Source of the DNA: a virus
Reading direction: 5' to 3' (one strand)
DNA length: 64,000 bases
IMG/VR virus record: IMGVR_UViG_2799112330_000001
Coordinates: 1-64,000 of that record
The position numbers were made by a program, and so were the translations under genes. The notes beneath the pieces are model-generated. The model was not told the origin of the DNA, searched no databases, and saw nothing but the letters and a program-made list of their open reading frames with translations. Each line of letters starts with the position of its first letter. Within the stretch, counting starts at the first letter, position 1. This document shows, in pieces, positions 60,018 through 64,000 of this stretch.

Positions 60018-61106
60018 TTAAAAAGTTATACCATCTTCTCCTGCCATATCGTCACTAGAAGCACCATTTACGCTTTCTGTTGTATCACTAGTTCTATTTG
60101 TAGTTCCAGCAGATTCTCCACCTAAATCACCATATCCAGGAGTTTCATTTATATTATTTTTTCCTCCACCTTTAAATAAATAAGGATTAAATAAATTAAC
60201 ATCTCTAGAAGTAACAAGTTTTCTATATTTACTACCCTCAATACTATTCACAAATGTATATTGAATAAACTCTAAAGGACTTCTTTCAACCCCACTAGCA
60301 GTATATAATCCATAATCTGTATTATCTCCATGTTCTTTAGCCCATTTAGCATATTTAATTTTTTGATTAATATGAGCTTGATAAGCTTGATTATGTTCAT
60401 ATAAACCTATAACACTTTTAAATAATTTATCACCTGTTACTTCTTCTTTCATATTTCCATATTTATCTATTATAGCAGCACTAACAATATCTTCACTATT
60501 TGCTCCAACTTCTTTTCCATTTATATCATAAAATTTAAGAGTCTCACCAGAAGTTACATCAGGTCTAGTAAATTTAATTACTTCTTCAAACATTTTAGTA
60601 TCATCTATATAACTTACTGGTCTATCTATCGGCTCCCATTTACTACCTCCTATAATTTTACTTCCATCTTGTGAATATTTATCTTCATAATAATAAGGAT
60701 TTTTATCAATATACATGTCTTTCATATATTCAGGAATATCAGTACGTTTTAATATTTCATCTTTAAATGCTTTATAATCTTGTTGCGCTCTTAATCTTCC
60801 TAATACTCTAGGATCGCTCATTATTTTACCACTTTTAGCAATAATATCATCTAAAGCGTAATACATATTTCCATATTTAATACTATCGTCAATTGTTTGT
60901 TGTAATTCATCTAATAATTCTTGTTTAGTTCCATCCTCTTTTTCATTAAAATCAAGTTGTCCAATAGCAGTTTGTAATTGACTAGCTGCTTCTACTGCTT
61001 TTAAATGACCAGCTTCTAATTTATCAGAAGTTGATATTAATTGGTCAATAGCAGCTTTTCTTGATTCAGCTGTACCATCTTGATATATATAATTTCCAAA
61101 AGTCAT
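60018..61106 (-). CDS. hypothetical protein
   Basis: 362-aa ORF. Confidence 0.8.
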   Translation of the reverse strand: MTFGNYIYQDGTAESRKAAIDQLISTSDKLEAGHLKAVEAASQLQTAIGQLDFNEKEDGTKQELLDELQQTIDDSIKYGNMYYALDDIIAKSGKIMSDPRVLGRLRAQQDYKAFKDEILKRTDIPEYMKDMYIDKNPYYYEDKYSQDGSKIIGGSKWEPIDRPVSYIDDTKMFEEVIKFTRPDVTSGETLKFYDINGKEVGANSEDIVSAAIIDKYGNMKEEVTGDKLFKSVIGLYEHNQAYQAHINQKIKYAKWAKEHGDNTDYGLYTASGVERSPLEFIQYTFVNSIEGSKYRKLVTSRDVNLFNPYLFKGGGKNNINETPGYGDLGGESAGTTNRTSDTTESVNGASSDDMAGEDGITF

Positions 61107-61121
61107 AATTGTATAAATTTA

Positions 61122-63053
61122 TTAAACATGTGACATAGCTTCAACAGAATTTGGATTTCCAGCTAAAGCAGCTTTATATCTTAACCAATTATATATAGTA
61201 TTTCCTCCAGCATTAGCAAATTGATTTACAATACCTGCATAAGTTTCTAACATTTTAGTTTCATTTTCACTACGTTTATCAAGTAATTGCATATTTAACA
61301 TTGCTTTCTGATGTTCAACATTTTGTGCATTTTGAATATTTTTAGCAATAGTTTGACCTTGTTGCAATAAATTTTGATTAATTAAATTTGTTTCAATATT
61401 TTCTTTTTGTCCATATAATTTCATATTTTGTAAAGCAGTATTATATCGTGCGCCATGTTTTCTTGCTAAAGCTACTTGAGAACTAGCTGTATTTGCATCT
61501 ATATCTCTTAATGTTAAACCTAAGTTTCTTCTATTTTCAGATAATTGAGGATTTATATTAAATCTTGTTTTTAAACTAATTAAAGGTATATCATAAGATT
61601 TAATACTATCTACAATAGATTTCATTTTATTTAAATAATGCGCATTAGATAGAACATTTGCAGAAGCTCCAGCCAATCCAGTCAATGCAGATGCTCCATG
61701 TAAAATAACATTACCTAAAAAATATCCTGCACCTTGAGGACCATATTTATCAGTTAATTTTTCTCTTATAGATTTCTTTTTAGCAGGAATATTATTTTCT
61801 GTTAGTTTATCTTCAGGTTTTGGATTTTCAATAACTCTATAAGGAGATTTAACTTTATCTACAGTTTTATCACCTATTTTATAACTTTTTGGTTCAAGTA
61901 ATCCAGTTTCAGGATTAATATTATATTTAAAATCTGTAGCAATAATTGGAGTAACTCCTATAGGCATATCTTCTTTTCTTTCATACCATTTTCCGTCTGT
62001 ACCCCAAAGTGCTCTTTTTCTATTATTTGATTGATATTGTTTCCCTGTAGAGGGAACATATCCTAAAAGACTTGCATTTTTTTCTTTGTTTGTCATACCA
62101 CCATATTGTTTTTTTGTTCTTTGACTATTTCTAATTTTTTCGTCTAAATCTTTATTTTTATTTTTAAATGTATTATATAACATATTGTTTAAATATAATT
62201 TATCTTTTTGATTTTCTCCAGTTGCTATAAAACTGCTATAATTTTTTGTTTCATTTATAGGTATATTTTTTAATAAAGATTCTGCATTATAAATATTAAC
62301 TCCGTTTGATTTTAATTTATTTAATATTTGTAAAGCATTAGAATCACCCATATTATAAGCCATAAGAGCTTTAATTGTAGTAACAGTATCATTTTCATTA
62401 TTAGGATTATTTATCCAAGGTCTATTCATATATCCATCCATTAATTTATTTCTAACCATTATTGCTGTATCAGTATTTAAAACACTTTCATAAGAAATAG
62501 AATCGCCAGTTTGTCTATTATATTCATCTACGCCAATAGGTCTAATTTGAAATAATCCTCTTGCATTTTTACTATTTGTTGAAGTAGTGTCATATTTACT
62601 TTCAGCATAAGCTTGTCTACTAGCAACATCTTCTAAATAATTGTTTTCTCCCTCTAAAGGGGATTTATTACTATTTCCGCCAAATAATTTTTTAACAAAT
62701 TCTTTTATTCCAAATTTAGCTTTTTTCTTACTGCCATCATCATTAATTCCATTAATCTGCTTATATTGTTCTTGTGCTGCAAATATTAAATTTGGATTAG
62801 CACCTTTTAAAACTAAATTTGCAGGACTTTCACCACCTAAAAATTTTTGTGCACTAAACACTCTTACTTCATTATTGTTTTTATCTTTTTTAACTATTTC
62901 TCCATTATCAACAGATAATTTAGCAATACCATTTTTTAGTTTTACATCTGTATCTATATCATCAGTTTTATTCGGATTTTTACCTATCATTAAATAATAA
63001 TCATTTCCAATAGGTAATGCTAAACCTTTTTTTGTAGTAATATTGTTAATCAT
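61122..63053 (-). CDS. protein with lytic transglycosylase (SLT) domain
   Basis: 643 aa. QAYAESKYDTTSTNSKNARGLFQIRP carries the catalytic E-S and GLxQ motifs, with a downstream ALMAYNMG. C-terminal hydrophobic Gly-rich segments are present. Confidence 0.7.
   Translation of the reverse strand: MINNITTKKGLALPIGNDYYLMIGKNPNKTDDIDTDVKLKNGIAKLSVDNGEIVKKDKNNNEVRVFSAQKFLGGESPANLVLKGANPNLIFAAQEQYKQINGINDDGSKKKAKFGIKEFVKKLFGGNSNKSPLEGENNYLEDVASRQAYAESKYDTTSTNSKNARGLFQIRPIGVDEYNRQTGDSISYESVLNTDTAIMVRNKLMDGYMNRPWINNPNNENDTVTTIKALMAYNMGDSNALQILNKLKSNGVNIYNAESLLKNIPINETKNYSSFIATGENQKDKLYLNNMLYNTFKNKNKDLDEKIRNSQRTKKQYGGMTNKEKNASLLGYVPSTGKQYQSNNRKRALWGTDGKWYERKEDMPIGVTPIIATDFKYNINPETGLLEPKSYKIGDKTVDKVKSPYRVIENPKPEDKLTENNIPAKKKSIREKLTDKYGPQGAGYFLGNVILHGASALTGLAGASANVLSNAHYLNKMKSIVDSIKSYDIPLISLKTRFNINPQLSENRRNLGLTLRDIDANTASSQVALARKHGARYNTALQNMKLYGQKENIETNLINQNLLQQGQTIAKNIQNAQNVEHQKAMLNMQLLDKRSENETKMLETYAGIVNQFANAGGNTIYNWLRYKAALAGNPNSVEAMSHV
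62038..62058. repeat. dispersed motif copy, full form (TGTTTCCC-TGTAGA-GGGAACA)
   Basis: Inside the SLT-domain gene, where it is read as VPSTGK. It shares CCCTGTAGAGGGAACATATC with the copy at 12389. Confidence 0.75.
62649..62664. repeat. dispersed motif copy, TAA-type loop (TCCCTCTAAAGGGGAT)
   Basis: Inside the SLT-domain gene, where it is read as SPLEG. Confidence 0.5.
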
Positions 63054-63114
63054 AATATTATATTAAATTTAATTTATTTTAATATTATATTTAAGTTAAA
63101 TAAAATATTCATAT

Positions 63115-63633
63115 TTAAAATGGCCATGTTAATACATTTTTATTATTTTTTAAATATTTATATACATCATCATCATTTGATAATTCTCCTAATCTTTTTT
63201 CTAAGTTTTTTTGACGCCAACAATCTTTATATATTGCAAATGTTTTTCTATTTTTGTCTCTATTAAATGTTGGAGGTTCAAGTTCATAAACTTCATTGTT
63301 TTTTAATATTTTTTTAACATTATGTAATTTATGATATTTATTTTCTTTAAATATATTTTTAACAGTTTTAACACCTTGTTTAACAGTTCCATATCCAGGA
63401 ACAATATAAGGTATCATAGCTTCAGTATGTCCTTGACTAACATCTTTAAAAGGAAATAACATTTCGGCAAAAGGATTACCTGTTAATTTATCTAAATATC
63501 CTTCTACATTTTCTTTAATTACTTGTCCATAACTACGATTAGTTCCAACTGCTGATGGTACTGTATCACCACCATTTTTAAATAAAATACGATCAATACT
63601 ATTTTGTTGATTAACTTTTTTAATTGTTTTCAT
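63115..63633 (-). CDS. hypothetical protein
   Basis: 172-aa ORF. Confidence 0.75.
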   Translation of the reverse strand: MKTIKKVNQQNSIDRILFKNGGDTVPSAVGTNRSYGQVIKENVEGYLDKLTGNPFAEMLFPFKDVSQGHTEAMIPYIVPGYGTVKQGVKTVKNIFKENKYHKLHNVKKILKNNEVYELEPPTFNRDKNRKTFAIYKDCWRQKNLEKRLGELSNDDDVYKYLKNNKNVLTWPF

Positions 63634-64000
63634 ATCATTTTATGTTTATATTTAAGATAATTTAATTTATTTCTTAAAATATTAATTTCTGCTCTCGCTC
63701 TGAAATTATATTTTAAGGCACCTAAAACTTCATCGGAAAATTGTTCTGCTATTTCTTTATGTGTTAAGCCTTTTGTTTCAGGAGGTAAAGTATTTGTTGG
63801 AACAATACACACATCATGGCTACCAATTATATCCGATTTAATTACCATAGCTCTTATTTTATAATCAGTATCTTTATATACTATACATTCTACTCCGTCA
63901 TAAGCTATTCCTGCTTTAGCATAATCTTCAGCTTCTTGTTTATCATAAATTTTAATACCTTTTGCAAGTAATTCTTTTTTCTTTCTTTGAGTAGCAGGCC
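63630..64000 (-). CDS. hypothetical protein, C-terminal part (gene starts beyond window end)
   Basis: The 72-aa track ORF is in frame with open sequence up to base 64000 (...PATQRKKKELLAKGIKIYDKQEAEDYAKAGIAYDGVECIVYKDTDYKIRAMVIKSD...), so the true start lies outside the window. Confidence 0.7.
   Translation of the reverse strand, partial: PATQRKKKELLAKGIKIYDKQEAEDYAKAGIAYDGVECIVYKDTDYKIRAMVIKSDIIGSHDVCIVPTNTLPPETKGLTHKEIAEQFSDEVLGALKYNFRARAEINILRNKLNYLKYKHKMI

Noticed and set aside
63630-63848. The 72-aa ORF as a complete gene.
   Set aside because: The frame stays open upstream to the window edge, so it is the C-terminal part of a longer, truncated gene.

Overview
This window is a very AT-rich 64 kb piece of a crAss-like (Crassvirales-type) phage genome, probably infecting Bacteroidales. 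That assignment rests on gene content, gene order and Bacteroides-type promoter boxes that I recognise; no search was run. The layout is as follows. (i) 1-8000, minus strand: portal (partial), large terminase, a lysis cassette (GH108 endolysin flanked by three membrane or coiled-coil proteins), a PD-(D/E)XK nuclease, several unknown proteins and a winged-helix regulator. (ii) 8000-9200: a divergent switch region with back-to-back promoters, a structured non-coding transcript candidate and 12-nt tandem repeats. (iii) 9200-37100, plus strand: a G+C-richer duplicated gene cassette, about 25 small early-type ORFs, tRNA-Leu(UAA) and tRNA-Glu(UUC), then the replication module (SF1 helicase, family B DNA polymerase, RecT-like, SSB-like, TOPRIM primase, ATP-dependent ligase, ThyX-like, Gp157-like, DUF932-like). 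(iv) 37277-64000, minus strand: the crAss-type giant protein block. It holds a 4723-aa protein with a DFDVD RNA-polymerase metal motif, a 2245-aa protein with an HExxH zincin motif, a lytic-transglycosylase protein and other large proteins. The most unusual signals are listed here.
- A G/C-clamped stem-loop word (consensus TGTTCCCCTGTAGAGGGAACA) is dispersed about 20 times in both orientations, inside and outside genes.
- One small gene is broken exactly at a copy of this word, at a CUU_UAA site that resembles the prfB +1 frameshift site.
- Two non-coding regions of about 1 kb each contain long helices whose only non-Watson-Crick pairs are G-U.
- A conserved 31-nt box precedes each copy of the duplicated gene.
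- A three-member family of mini-proteins is present.
- A 45-nt palindrome-containing intergenic element recurs three times.
I saw no CRISPR array, integrase, reverse transcriptase or evidence of stop-codon recoding.
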